Positions 12,752 through 25,017 of a stretch of DNA of 64,000 nucleotides are shown here, piece by piece (position 1 is the first letter of the stretch; each line of letters starts with the position of its first letter). Source of the stretch: Amoebophrya sp. A120 (lineage: Eukaryota; Protista; Dinoflagellata); assembly GCA_905178155.1 (NCBI GenBank), contig CAJINV010000002.1, positions 8,810,225 through 8,874,224 of the forward strand, written 5' to 3'. The notes beneath the pieces were generated by a model. The model saw nothing but the letters and a program-made list of their open reading frames with translations. It had not been told where the DNA came from and made no database searches. Both the position numbers and the translations under genes were made by a program.

Positions 12752-15438
12752 CTAGATCAACTCATCCTCAGCAGCATCACTGCTTCCATCATCCATCGTG
12801 ACGAACGGCACCTCGGTACCATCGGCCAGGGTCACGGTCGGAATCTGGGGGTTCAAGATGTCCTCGATTTCTTCTTCCGGAATCTCCTGTTCGACAGCGG
12901 TGCAGTCCATGACTTCCGATCCGTCGTCCAGCAACGTGGAGATCTGTTCCAAGGCGGCGATGGGCACGCCACGGGCGGCGTTCTCGACCATGGAGACGTT
13001 CAGGTCGACGCGGACCGTCGAGGGAACTTGCGCTTCCCCAGCAGTAGTACTCATAGTGCGGCGGCGCTTCGTGTCCGGCTCAGCAATCACTTCTTCGTCC
13101 ACCTCCATCGGAGCGGCGGTAGACTCAGAACCACTGGCAACCGCAGCGGGCGCAGACGTGGCGTTGGAGATGATACCAGTGGGGGCCGCGGCCACGGGGA
13201 CAGAGGTGGTCGTCACAGGCACGTTAACGTTGGTGGGCTGCGCCAACATCGGGGTGACCGGAGGAGCCGGCTTGGCCACCTTCGGCAAGGACTTCTTCTT
13301 GAAACCGCTGCTCTTCGGGGCAGAACCGGCCTTGCTCACGACCGAGGCGGCACGCTGACCCGCTGTTTAGTTTTTGTTTGTAAATTGACAATTATCAAGC
13401 ATGATGAGTCTTTGCATCTTATCATGCACCAAAAGCAAAAAAAACTACCTTGATTCGGTTCGTCGGTCGGCAACAACGTCTGGATTCCAGACGTTGTTGC
13501 CGACCGACACTGGATCGAGGCGGGCTTGGCCTTGGACGGCGGAGCAGCTTTTGTTCGAATATTGATTATATTGCAATCGATCACAATCGTGCTCGCATCA
13601 AAACCAGTTCTGCATGACAAAAACATTATACCCTTCTGCTTCGGCTGCACATTCGCACCAAGGGATCCTTGCGAAAACAACAACCGCTGCGGCTCAATGG
13701 CGTTGTTGGAAGACGGGGTGTGAAACAGTCCTCCAAACGCAGACCCCATGGTCGAATCGACGTTCTGTTCGGCATTCGGGTCCAGCGGCGGCTGCGATTG
13801 CAGATCGGGAGACAAGGACGCCTGCGCCGCCATCTCGGTCTGCACGGTCTCCTTAATGCCGGCCATCAACTTCGACTCCATCTGCACCATACTGGTCTGC
13901 ATCAGGTTCTGCATCATCGCCAACAAGGCCTGCTGGTCGAGACCTGAGTATAATATTTTATGATAATACGCATGGTATAAAATGGCAAGCGATCACTTTT
14001 CAACACAAACTAAAAAAAATTATACCCAGTCCCGCACCCGCGGCTGCAGCAGCAGGAGCTTTCGCCACCGGAGCTTTCGCCTTCACCACCGGAGTAGCAG
14101 CAGCTTTCACCTTCGGATTAGCAGCAGGCGGCGCTGCCACCGGCGCTGCCGCAGCAGCAGCCGCAGCGTCCGGCATCGGCGTGTCGTCGACGGCAGCAGC
14201 AGCCGCACCAGCAGCTGGCTGCTCACCACCTTCTTGTCCCTCCTGCGGCAAAAATTCGGCGTCCATGATCACGTCGTTCTGCGGGGCGGCTCCCAAAGGA
14301 AGTTGACCACGGCGACCACGGCCGGCGATTCGTTCGGGGCTGGCCAAGGTGAACTCACCCAAACCATACATCGTCGGCTGGTACGTGGTCGTGTACAAAT
14401 ATGCAATGCAAATTTCAACACCGACCATCAGAGGCACTACGACAATACCGTATCAAATACATTACCTAGACACAACACACACAAACACAACATGCGTACT
14501 GTTTCTCATATTTCCACGCAAAGCCTCTCAGTCGGTGTATAGTTTTCAAAGGCATATTTCTCCCCACAACATGGCGATCTCCTCGTCCGACATGTCCGGG
14601 TCGTAGAACTTGTGCAAAGTGGTGAACCACAGCTCCAAAATGCGACGCTCAGACGCAGTTTGCAGCGGTTCGAGCACACGGACAACCTGAAGCAAGTTTT
14701 TAAGTGAAGGCTTGTATAATTTCGAGATTGCATCCACCATGTCGCATGCTGATTAAAAAAAAGCAATAATTTCTGTACCTCCAACCAGGATTCGCGGTAG
14801 CTGCACGTGATGCGGGCGGTCGCGGCGTGGATCAACAAGTTTATGCTATGAAAAATCGCACACAAAGCAACCTAAACGCAAGCACTCTCTTCGCATCACA
14901 GAATTTTTTATGCATAAAGCAGGACATTTTTTCAATCTGAAGACCGGTGCTCATCATGCAAAAATTTGCTTTGCGTAAGCAGCAGGTTTCTGCCACTTCG
15001 TGGGAAGTTCCCAAGTTGCGGGGGGCTGGGAATCCTGCAGATCATGAACACGGCCAGAAGGAGCCTCGCGGCAGACGTGCAGGTGTACTGGATCTCGCCG
15101 ATCTGTGGGTGATTTAATGTGTATTTCAAATGAGATAATAAAACGCGCAAGAATTTCATATACATATCTATGATGCTGTGCAAAAAAAAAACAAACATTT
15201 ATACCTCGACGGAGTCCTGGACGGCGACCAGGAGGCATTTCGTCAACATTGAAAGAGCAAGTTGAACCCACGCCCGGCTTACTTGGCCACTGCCAGTATT
15301 TAATAAGGTAGAAGCCACACCTCCACTGCGGGATCTCACCGTGGAGGTTTCGATCAGATTGCCCCGCGGCGGAGGGTTGCGCTCGTTGTTGTTCTGGCCA
15401 TTGCCATTGCCGGCATTGCCAGCGTTGTTATTCTGCAT
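12752..15438 (-). CDS. Multi-exon orphan cargo protein of the element, with a helical N-terminal part and an Ala/Pro-rich, acidic, probably disordered C-terminus
   Basis: A chain of GC-rich exons (MQNNNAG..., IGEIQYTC..., MVDAISKL..., YQPTMYGL..., QQALLAMMQ..., SKAGSAPK...DELI*) is separated by short AT-rich introns. Confidence 0.6.
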
Positions 15439-16271
15439 TTTGAAGTTGTGGCTTGAACTGCTGATCGCAGACAAGAAGACTTTTTTCGCTCACACTCAGC
15501 TACGGTTTTTGATTGAAAAGAGAATTTGTGATGCGCGGATGAAAAAATTGCTGTCTTTTGAAATCTCGAAGCCACAAATAAAAAATGAAGTTGCTCAACA
15601 ACAATTACACACTACAAAAGTACCCAATTGAATTACTACAATAATGCTATATGATCTCTATGGGGAGAAGTGCAAATGTCTATTTGGAAATTGCTGAGGG
15701 GATCCCGCATTATCGTCTTGTTTTGAAAGTACAACTCTCGAGATTATGTGTGATGTGTGGAAACAGAAACTCACGCTACGGGGACACACACTAAAACACT
15801 CAAAAAATATCTATCACAGACACGCTTCGCATTGCACTTTTTTCACAGAAACAAACTCTTTCTATTGTCATGAACGCAGCTCTAGTGAAAAAACGCACAG
15901 ACCTTTGCTCTGCAATACATCTCCACACTCCAACGCAAAAAAACGCAACTCAATTTATGCAGTGGAGTCTTGTGCTTTAGATTGGTTGAACGTACGGAAA
16001 TTCTCAACACGGTGGGGCTTAGTTTTGGATAAGTGAGAAAGTGTTGCTTCGGCTACACAAAATTTGCAGAACTATGGAGCTGTAGTTGGAGATTGATGAT
16101 CGTTTTCCGCATATCTTTCAAGCATTGCTTTGTGGAACACAATCATCAGAAAAGTTATGAAGTCGTATGGCTGGTTCTGCCACAGGTCAAGCACACATCG
16201 CCGCAGGTGCAAATTTTTGAAATCGCAAAGGTATTACGACGCTCACGCATACAAGTAAAAGCGCTGCAAAT

Positions 16272-17406
16272 TTACTTGATTATGTTCAGTAGAGAGCTTT
16301 CGATCGTTTGCAAAGCGTTCTGTCGCATCAAGGGCAAGATCATTTTCACTTTTCGAGCATCTTTTTCATTTTCCCATAAGCCCTCAGCTTCAGACGTTTT
16401 CTTCAAAAAAATCAAGTAGTAATTCCAGTTTGCGAATCTTTCACTATCGCCAGGGAAGCTCCGCACTGCTGGAAAGTACAGAAGCTGCACGTCCAAAACC
16501 ATCATCTGTATCAACGTAAAGATCTTGAAGTCCATCTTCAAGAAGCGGCGGCTCTCGATGATCTTCATCAAGTTGATCAGCTTTTCGGGATTGTCGCGGA
16601 CGGAATGCCACTCCTCAAACGATGCAAATGAAAAAACAAAATCAGTCACTAGCTGATGGTGCTAAATTTTTCGCAAATCGGTTTTTTAAAATTTCCAAGC
16701 ATCACACACTGCATAAATGCGATGCGCATTACAAACATGCAAACCGCAATGGTTTTGATTTTGTGTCTTCAAGCCATACAAGGAAGAAGTCGAAGCTGAG
16801 CTGCAAGTTGGTCAGCTCGGCGGATGGACCACGGTGATGATGGCCTCCACGGCGATACTCGATGACTTCGGGTGCAAGGCGAATGAGGTCTCCAACGTGG
16901 AATTTTGGACGCCATGTACGCGAGCCATACTTCCCATCCGGCGGCAAGAAGAAGCACTCCATCTTGAACAACAAAACTGCTATGATGCTCTGTGCTCTTG
17001 TGCTCTATGCACACTTTGTCAACTACAAAACGAAGGCAATATCAAAACACTTGGTCAAGTCGCAGTATGTGAGGCGCACGCTCCGAAATGCCTGAAGTCA
17101 CTTCATCAATTTTGCCGCCTGAAATTTTACATCAAAACCTCTAGCAGATCTTAGAACAGATCATCGGCGCGTCATCTTGTCTTTGAAAATTGAATGACTC
17201 TGTCATGCATAAACGCAGATCTTTTGCAGCAAAAGCACAAAGCCGTCGTGCGAGCCTGGTGGGCGGTCTTCTTCAACAAGATGGCTGGCATTACCTGGGT
17301 GAGTAGTAATTTGTGGATCAGCACTGCATTGCATGAATTCTATTTGATTTTGCTCGTCATTCGCTCTCTCAATGTGAAACACAAGCACAACAGCAAAATG
17401 GCTCAA
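16272..17406 (-). CDS. Multi-exon orphan cargo gene; ends uncertain
   Basis: Protein-like exons at 17203-17406, 16729-16974 and 16272-16649 are separated by AT-rich gaps. Confidence 0.4.
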
Positions 17407-17690
17407 GCTGTATCGAAGTCAGCGAGCTGGGCAGGGCGGATTACTCACTCATACTTTTACAGCGCGGCGCCTGTACAATGACCAGTCGGTGCGCGGTCAG
17501 TCCAGCTCGACCAGAGCTGCTTCCGTGTATCCACGCAATGGACTCCATATAAGATCGGCCCCCTGCTTCAGGCAGGAGGCTGGTACTGTAATCGCGGACC
17601 GCGACCAATACTGGCGCGCCATTTGAAAGGCGCGCAATATGCCGAGCCCGCCAATGGGGCCCGGCGGGGCATTGGCCCCAGTTGGTAAGA

Positions 17691-18045
17691 TGCTACAGCT
17701 GCAAGCAAGGAAGCGCCGAAACTTTTCGCGAACAACCGGAAGGCTTCGGCGTCCCGTTTTTCCGCGATCGGCGCCGAGGAGCTCGTAAACGGACTCCGGA
17801 GACGCCGCGGCGCAGGCACGGGACAGCTGCTTCAGGCCGTCCTCCGTCACAAGGCAGCTTGCAAACCTGTGACGTGTGCCAGCGCCCGGGAGCGGGAAGT
17901 TTTTTGCATGACGCCGGAAGCCCTTCAGGAACATCCGGATCTGCGTCTTTCCGTTCCCGCGCGTTGTACCGGGCGCACGCGCTCCTCACTCACTCCTTCT
18001 TTTCCAAGGAGGTGAAGAGGCGGGCCCGGGCTCGCAGCTGTAGCA
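17691..18045. mobile_element. Nested GC-rich TIR element (MITE/introner-like) inside the giant element
   Basis: TGCTACAGCTGCAAGC (17691-17706) matches the reverse complement of 18030-18045 at 15/16. AAGA is directly repeated at 17687-17690 and 18046-18049. Confidence 0.55.
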
Positions 18046-18571
18046 AAGAAGGCGCGGAAGCGCCGCCCGAAAAGGGCGCACCACTATGGTGCCACACAGA
18101 AGCTAGTTTCTTTATTGGAAATGGTTTCTCGCCTTCGCTCCGCCAGCTCCTCTCGCTTGTCTCTCCCTCCCCTCTTGCTTTTTATTATTCAAAAAAAAAC
18201 CTCTATACTCAGGACCTGTAAGACGCCTCCGGACTGCATTGAAAAACTTCGGGTCTGCCGCGCTTCATCAGTTGCGAGTCCGTGCTGCGCAAATCGATGC
18301 CGCCTTCGCTGGAACAACCTGGCTAATATGCGTAGCGAAATATTTCCACGCCACATCTACTTATCAACTTCTATAATTATTTTCGCTAGGAATACGTCAA
18401 TGCAAATTCGAGATGGTAACTAATGCAATCGCTTTCATTTATATCTACCCTCTACCACATATAGAGTTGCCATTCATTTTTTCCAAGAGTTGGCCATGTA
18501 TAAATTCCACGGCAGCCATTTTATCATGCAACGGTGCATATGTATGGTTTTTTTTCCGCGCTTGCGCTAGT

Positions 18572-18623
18572 GCATATGAAATTTTTAAGTATGTTCTTGA
18601 GTATGTATTTCGTGTAGCCTTAA
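18572..18623 (-). repeat. Right terminal inverted repeat of the giant element
   Basis: The reverse complement reads TTAAGGCTACACGAAATACATACTCAAGAACATACTTAAAAATTTCATATGC. Confidence 0.8.
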
Positions 18624-19179
18624 ATCAGCAAATATGAAATTGTGGACAGCTCCTAGAAAGCGATCTCACATCATTTGCTTTTCCTCTACTGACTTTGCAC
18701 CATGATGGTTCTTGTTGTATTTCCGACTGTTAACAGGATTGTATAGCAACGATTTGGGGGGAATAATATTACGATAACGATAAAGCGATATCAATTCATG
18801 TCTAAAAAAAGGCTCTATGTGCTGCAATTCCTAGTACGGAAATGATCAGTAGGGTTCAAAACTCTCGGAGGTTCGACGAAGGCAAGGATTTTCAAGCGCT
18901 CTAGAACAGCGCATCAAGCTTTATCCGGCAAAGCCGTACTTTTGATGCGCCGGAGGTGTTGTTCGGCCTTCGGAGGTTCTACGAGACAGATAAAACTTTG
19001 GTCTAACGATTGTACAAATTGCCCGCTTTTTTTCCAAAACCGAAAAAAGATCGTCTTTTTTCTCTTTTCCGCGACATATTTGATTCTACACTAGGTTAGA
19101 AACTACGTAGACGTACACATGTACGAATAACTCCAATAAATATCTTCCATTCTACAAAAAATAGCAAGTACGTTCATTT

Positions 19180-19779
19180 TTACAGCAACAATCCCATTCC
19201 CAAGCCGAGGGCCAATCCGCCCACCATGGCGCCCGGCACCGGGTCATAGTAGCCGTACGGGTAGCCATAGCCGTAGCCGTACGGGCGGCCGTAGTACCCG
19301 CCATAGGGATAGGGACGGGCGTACACCACCTGCGGGGGCGGCTGCTGCACCACCACCGTGGTTGGTTGCTGCGGTTGCTGCACCACAACAGGCCTGGAAG
19401 CCTGTTGCTGCACCTGGGGCTGCGGGGCCGTGCTGACTTGACGCCTGCGTCCCTGCGACACCGATTCGACCTTGAGCTTGTCGCTCTGGCCGGGCGCAAG
19501 CTTCTCCCCGGGCTTGAGCTTCAGCTGATCGCCTTTATTCAACCGGACGACCTTTTTGGAACCGTCCTTGCGGATAATGGTGACGTCGATCGGCGCGGGC
19601 TTGCTTTCGGATTGTTGTTGAGAATTCCGGGAAGGGGTCGGAACCGGAGGGTCAACCGGAGCCTTGGAAGACCGCGGAGCCGCGGGCTCAATGGTCTGTG
19701 GGTAGGAGGAAATTTCCGGCATTTTGTGTGTGGCGGTCTCTTCTTGCGGAGCCTTTTGCTTGCTCTGCTTGTTTCCCAT
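19180..19779 (-). CDS. Small Pro/Gly/Tyr-rich protein with a possible N-myristoylation motif (MGNKQS) and a C-terminal Gly-zipper hydrophobic tail; paralog A
   Basis: Intact 199-aa ORF that shares a ~40-aa domain and the tail with 27147-28180. Confidence 0.8.
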   Translation of the reverse strand: MGNKQSKQKAPQEETATHKMPEISSYPQTIEPAAPRSSKAPVDPPVPTPSRNSQQQSESKPAPIDVTIIRKDGSKKVVRLNKGDQLKLKPGEKLAPGQSDKLKVESVSQGRRRQVSTAPQPQVQQQASRPVVVQQPQQPTTVVVQQPPPQVVYARPYPYGGYYGRPYGYGYGYPYGYYDPVPGAMVGGLALGLGMGLLL

Positions 19780-21761
19780 AAAGATAAAGGTGATTTATGA
19801 AAGAAGATCCGCAAACTGTAGCGTAGTGGGTCGTTACAGAACTTGTCAAGTACGTAAAAGAAGTAAAAAAAGTCGGGAAAATAGTTGATAAAAGAGGTCG
19901 ATCGATTAGCAGGTTGCTTGTTTCCAAAGTTGTCAAAATAAATGATGCGGGAACTGTTGCAAAATTAAGTGGATGTGGAGTTTTCTTTGGAGTTTTTGGA
20001 ACATAAGTTTCACAACGGCAAAAGAACTACAGGCGCCGCCTTAAGCTAAATGATCTTTGATGTTTACCGACACTTCTGGATCGATCACATTTATCCCAAA
20101 GATCTGAAATTTTTTTTGTCTCTTCAGTCAAGTCATTTATCAAGCGACAATTGCAATTTATTCAGAACTTTTTGTTTATATGCACCGAATGGTCGCTGAA
20201 GCTTGATCGAAGTGAAAATGTCACAGGAGGAGTATGTTTCTTCGCGACATGTGCACGATGAAGGGTCGATCTTTGCCAGAGGTCGCTTGTTACTTAGCAC
20301 CGACATTCGGGAACGTGTAGTGCCAATGCACATTTGACACGCATGCTGCAGAAAATCCACCTCTTTCCAGAAAAGAACAATTGCAATGGACTTCTCTTTC
20401 ACTACACTTCTTTGACCCTCACGCTAAGACACGGTGAGAGGCGACTCACCAGGTAGCGCAATAAATGATTTTTTCTTGAAATTCTCTAGTATGTTTCCAA
20501 ATAATACTACACAAATTTGGTTCATGATGATTATGACGATATTTGTTCTTTCGGTTTTGCATGTTGAATCAGTTTTTCTCTTTTTGTCATGCTGAGAAGT
20601 CCGTCAGCAAGATCCAAAGTTCATCTCGAAGTAGGGATTGTGGGATGCGCTCGGACATGATTTCGCCGTTGGTCGCCGATGCTTCGCATAGGATTCGAAT
20701 GAAAAAACTCTGCAAAGAAATGCAAAACGCAGCCAGCCATAATTATCTCTTGTCTTCGTCACAAAGATGACAGCGCTATCATCATCATCATCTACTTAAC
20801 AGCACTGGGCGGTTTTGTTTGACCTCAAACGAAAACGGAGTGTGGGTTTTCCGTGAATTTTAAAGTAGGCATTCGTCCTTCCTCTCCTGGTTGAGAGGCC
20901 ACATCAAGGAAGTCGTCATTGTCGTGGTTCTTTTTCGGAAAGGCGAACAAGAGGAAGTAGACCCTTTTTTTGCTACAAGTTTGCGTAAGGCCTGCTTTGT
21001 CGAAACAATAAGAATCGCTTAACAAGTGCGCTTCGACCTCAAAAATTAAAATCCCATTACGGAACAACAAAAGAATAAAAAAACAAAAGTTTCGGATTCT
21101 ACATTCTATAATTAAATCTTTTTACTGGATTAGACAAAAAAGTTTCAGCTATACATAGTACTACTACTAACAAGAAAAGTACAGAAAGAAAAAATGTACA
21201 TTTTGAAAAAGAAAATGCGAGGAAAGTGCCAATACGTGTAAAAAGAGAGCACGGTCGTTTATGTTCATCTATTGTTTGTAGCTTTCGTCCTTTCCTTGCT
21301 TTTTGTAGAAGTTGACCCTGATGAACTACTTACACTTACACGTGACGGACTCGGAGGTGCGTCTTGATTTACTGATATAAAAATAGTGTAGAAGTCTTGT
21401 ATTAATTTACAAATATTGATTTTTTAAACGTGGAACAAGAAAGGCGATGGACTAGATAGGAACGTAAGCGGCTGTGCATGCAGCTGCGGGAGTTCAGCGC
21501 CAGGAAATTGGCACAAATCAAACAGAAACGAAGCGACTGCAACTAGCTCGCGGCCAAATTACGCTGCGGCCTTTATCTGTTGTTCTTGTTCTGCGACTGA
21601 GAAGGGTAACGCTAAGGCGGCACTCCAGCAAGCGATACACCAGATTCATATGTTTCACGCTGTCGCAGTCGCTACGTCTCTGGTTTTCTATCTTTCACAT
21701 TGCAGCACTCACATTTGTTCTTACTGGGTGAAATTCTTGTTGCTGTGTTCTCCAGTTGATT

Positions 21762-24700
21762 TCAGCGCTCCCAGAAAGCGGGGTCTTCCAAAGACTGGTC
21801 CCTTTGGGGCGTCACTGCATGCACTATGTGGGACGCGATCGCCTTTCTGTCCTTCTCCAGAATCTCCATGCGATGAACGGCTACCGGACGCTCCAGGGTG
21901 GAGTCCTCTCTTTTACGTAGAATCGGCAGCGAGAGAAACTGATCGACAGCCTCTCTAATGTTCGCCTCAAAGGCAATTTTCCCAGTGAAGAAGTCGTAAA
22001 CTGGGCACTCTTGTCTTTCAAAATCAGCGCCAATATCATGCGGGCGCGGTTCGACCTGAAGGTTGGGGGGCAATTTTTTCCGAATGTCCGGACTCACGAA
22101 GTGATTGCGGCTCCACAGACGATAGCAAACGAGTGTGTTTGTCAAATCTGGGCGGAGCTCCAACATCATAGTGATGCTTGCCGCGAACCAATCCGCTTTT
22201 GGGCTGTACCAATCGGGCTCGTCTTTGGAAGAAACGCTCCAGCTTGAGAATAAAGATGCAGACGATGATGTGTGTGATCCAACCGACGTGTCCGCGGGGT
22301 TCCGAGAAGCCTGATCGACCGCAAATTTATTTCCCGGTGCAAGGACGGCCTGGCGAAGGATAGGGGACATGAAAAGTGGCGTGCCGATAATGCCATTGCC
22401 GGAATATAAATATATGCTTTTTATCTCCACCACCGGGCCGCTCTCCCAAGAGCGGTTTTCCGTCGTCCGCCAGAAAGGTGGCCAACCCAAAGTCAAGGAA
22501 CCGCACATTGTTAGGATTGAACCACTCCCTACCTGTGTTGTCGGGCTTCAAGTCATTCATCACAACCTGTGCTCGCTCCATAATCTTAAGGCACTCGTGA
22601 AAGCGGTGCACGTAGTGCCCTGGAATCCAGGACCCCGTCTGCAGGATCCAAAGTGGCTGTCGTTGATGTGGATCAGAAGGGGGCTCGATTCTTTTTAATT
22701 CAGGAATGTCTTTGCCCGTTCTTACCGATTCGAGGAATGTAACAACACGGGACCCGGGCTGAGGAACGGATTCGGATTGTGTGCCACCCGGGTAGTCTTC
22801 AATAACAACGACACGCCTGAGTTGCGCAACACATTCTTTTGTCTGAGCTGCGAAGCCCGAGCCAAAAGTCAGCAAAAAGTTCGCAACAATCTCTTCTGCT
22901 ACTGCCCACATACTCTGTGTTGATGAGCTCGGAGCCGCGCTCGGAACGACGATCTTCATGACCTGAGCGAACTTATCGTCTGGATGTCCTTTGTTGTCCA
23001 CCGAAAGTAACTCTCCCGACGGCCCCTGAATGAGACCGGCCCGTGGTGGTCTTCCACCGGCATTTGCGTTCCTAGCCGTGGCCGGTTCGGTTGGTTCCTT
23101 CCAGTAGGTTTTGAAGCTCTTGTAAACTTTACCAAAGTTTCCTGCTGCGTCAGCCTTCTGGTTATACGTAACAAATACTTTGCGAACAGGTTGCCGTTGC
23201 TTGCGTAGCTCCTTTGTTGGAGTTGGCATTACACGAAGTATTTCTCGCCGGACATCAAGCGTCTCTGACAATGGCAGATCACCATCTGACGTCAAACCTC
23301 TCGCCTCGACTTCGCCGATGAAGAACATGTTATTAAATTGCTTTAACAGCTGGTCTTTGGCCCATTTCCCGGCGTCACTATTTCGATCGGCTTCCGCGTG
23401 CACGAAGCGCTTGAAAGCTCCAGGATCATTGATGACCCTGTCAAGGATTCTGTTGCTGTGGAAACGAAGCTGCGCATAGGCAGGTGCAAAGAGCTGTTCT
23501 TTGGGGGCTTCAAAGATTCCTTCATCGTTGCCTACAACGTACGTGTCCGGACCCGGAGAGCGAGTGCGAGAGACCCTTCCCAAATACGTCACGCGCCTCC
23601 CGCGCCACTGGCCCGCCGGGCCGAAAGGACGACCACGCTTCTCAACATCAAAATCGAAATACACGATCTCTTCCCCGGGGGATATTTCCATCAATTCCGG
23701 GCGGCGGGCGAAGCCCGTCAGCTGATAACCGAACTTCTCCTGCTTGACATCATGGCTTAACGTGTGCTGTGCTTTTACAGGTTGCGCATGCTGTTGTCCG
23801 TGAGATGAGTGTGTTTCAAGATACGAGCTCCCCCCTCCACCCAAGTCGGCATCTGCACCTGAAGCTGTTCCATTCCGATTCCCACCAGGAAGGACCGCCG
23901 AAAAACCTCCGATCGCGCCGGTCATTCTTAATGTACCACCTTTGTACCGATTCAGATCCCTGGCGTCCGACGCAAGCGCCTCCGTCATTTTCGTAGCATC
24001 GGCACCAAGAACGGTAGGGTCCATGTCTGCCTGCTCTTCCTGCAAAAATGCGGTGCTGGTCCGCTCCGCATGCAGCTTTGGGCTCTGTCGCACCGTATCC
24101 ACTACCGACACTGTGCTGTTATGAGACGCCAGAAACAGCCTCTGTTGCTCGTCCTCCACTGCTGCTGCAACTGTGCCACTGTCGCGGGCCAAAGAGAGCT
24201 TCTGTCCATCCGCCTCGGGATGCACTGCGTCGGCGACCGCCTTGTTCCGACCCGCAAGTCGTGGCACTGGCTTCCTGCTGTTCGTGGGCAGCAATGCTGC
24301 GGCAACTGCATTGCTCTGGTTCTTGCGGCCCGAGCCCATCTTTTCGTGCGCTGGTGCGTCGTACAGTGCGGCAGCTGGCGCCGGTGCGACGGACGTGCTG
24401 TTTCGGTCAAGATGTAGTTCGTGCTGGTCTGGCGCGGAACCAACTTCTCCAGGTACTGGAGGGACATCTTCCGTGCTGTTGTTGCGGCCCGAGATGACCG
24501 CGCGCAGCCTGTCAGCTCTTGGCGCAGTGGTCACGGCTGCGTCCACGGTAGCAGCGGCCGCCGAGGCGGCTCGCTTCCGCCTGGAGCTCCCGCGCAAGTA
24601 GTACTTCTTCTCATTCGCATTTGTAGTGCCAGGGGACGTTTTTGCACCGGCGGTACCCTGGTGCTCTGCCCGCTTGAAGAATCCGGCCACGGCATTTACA

Positions 24701-25017
24701 ACTGGTCACTCCGGCCAACCGTGATCGTGGGCTTCGTGTTCACTGTCAGAGACGGTTCTCTCGCTTTCCGATTCCGTTTGGCGTTGGCGTTCAGAAAGTT
24801 CATCCGAACTGTCTGGCTCTTCCCCACCGGATGCATTTGCCGGATCGCCCGCAGTTTTCGTGACCGGGTTTCTTTCCGGCACGACTTCTGGAGGGACTTT
24901 GGTCGCAGAAGCCGTTCCCGGCCCGCCACAGGACATCTGCAGGGCAACGAATTCCGCGGCTCTGTAGAGAGCCGCCACATTACCATTTTTGTTGAAACGT
25001 CGCTTCCCCGGCGCCAT
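21762..25017 (-). CDS. Divergent Ser/Thr protein kinase with a long low-complexity N-terminus
   Basis: Kinase motifs GNFGKVYK, VMKIV, NDLKPDN, FLDFGLA and then GTPLFMSP...DWFA in the next frame. It needs a frame change near 22400 and has an in-frame TGA at 24706-24708. Confidence 0.7.

Larger units (their letters stand above)
2746..18623 (-). mobile_element. Giant (~15.9 kb) TIR DNA transposon candidate with a DDE-like transposase and cargo genes
   Basis: 2746-2797 and the reverse complement of 18572-18623 align ungapped at 40/52 nt. ATCAG flanks both ends directly (2741-2745, 18624-18628). The interior has transposase-like motifs and only orphan genes. Confidence 0.8.

Noticed and set aside
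16000-16025. GGGGCTTAG resembling RNase MRP CR-V
   Set aside because: There is no upstream CR-I partner to form P4.
17394-17407. CAAAATGGCTCAAG as a dinoflagellate spliced-leader relic
   Set aside because: Only a partial match to the 22-nt leader, which is compatible with chance.
20133-21070. Minus-strand exon-like fragments downstream of the kinase
   Set aside because: I could not build an in-frame model or assign a function.
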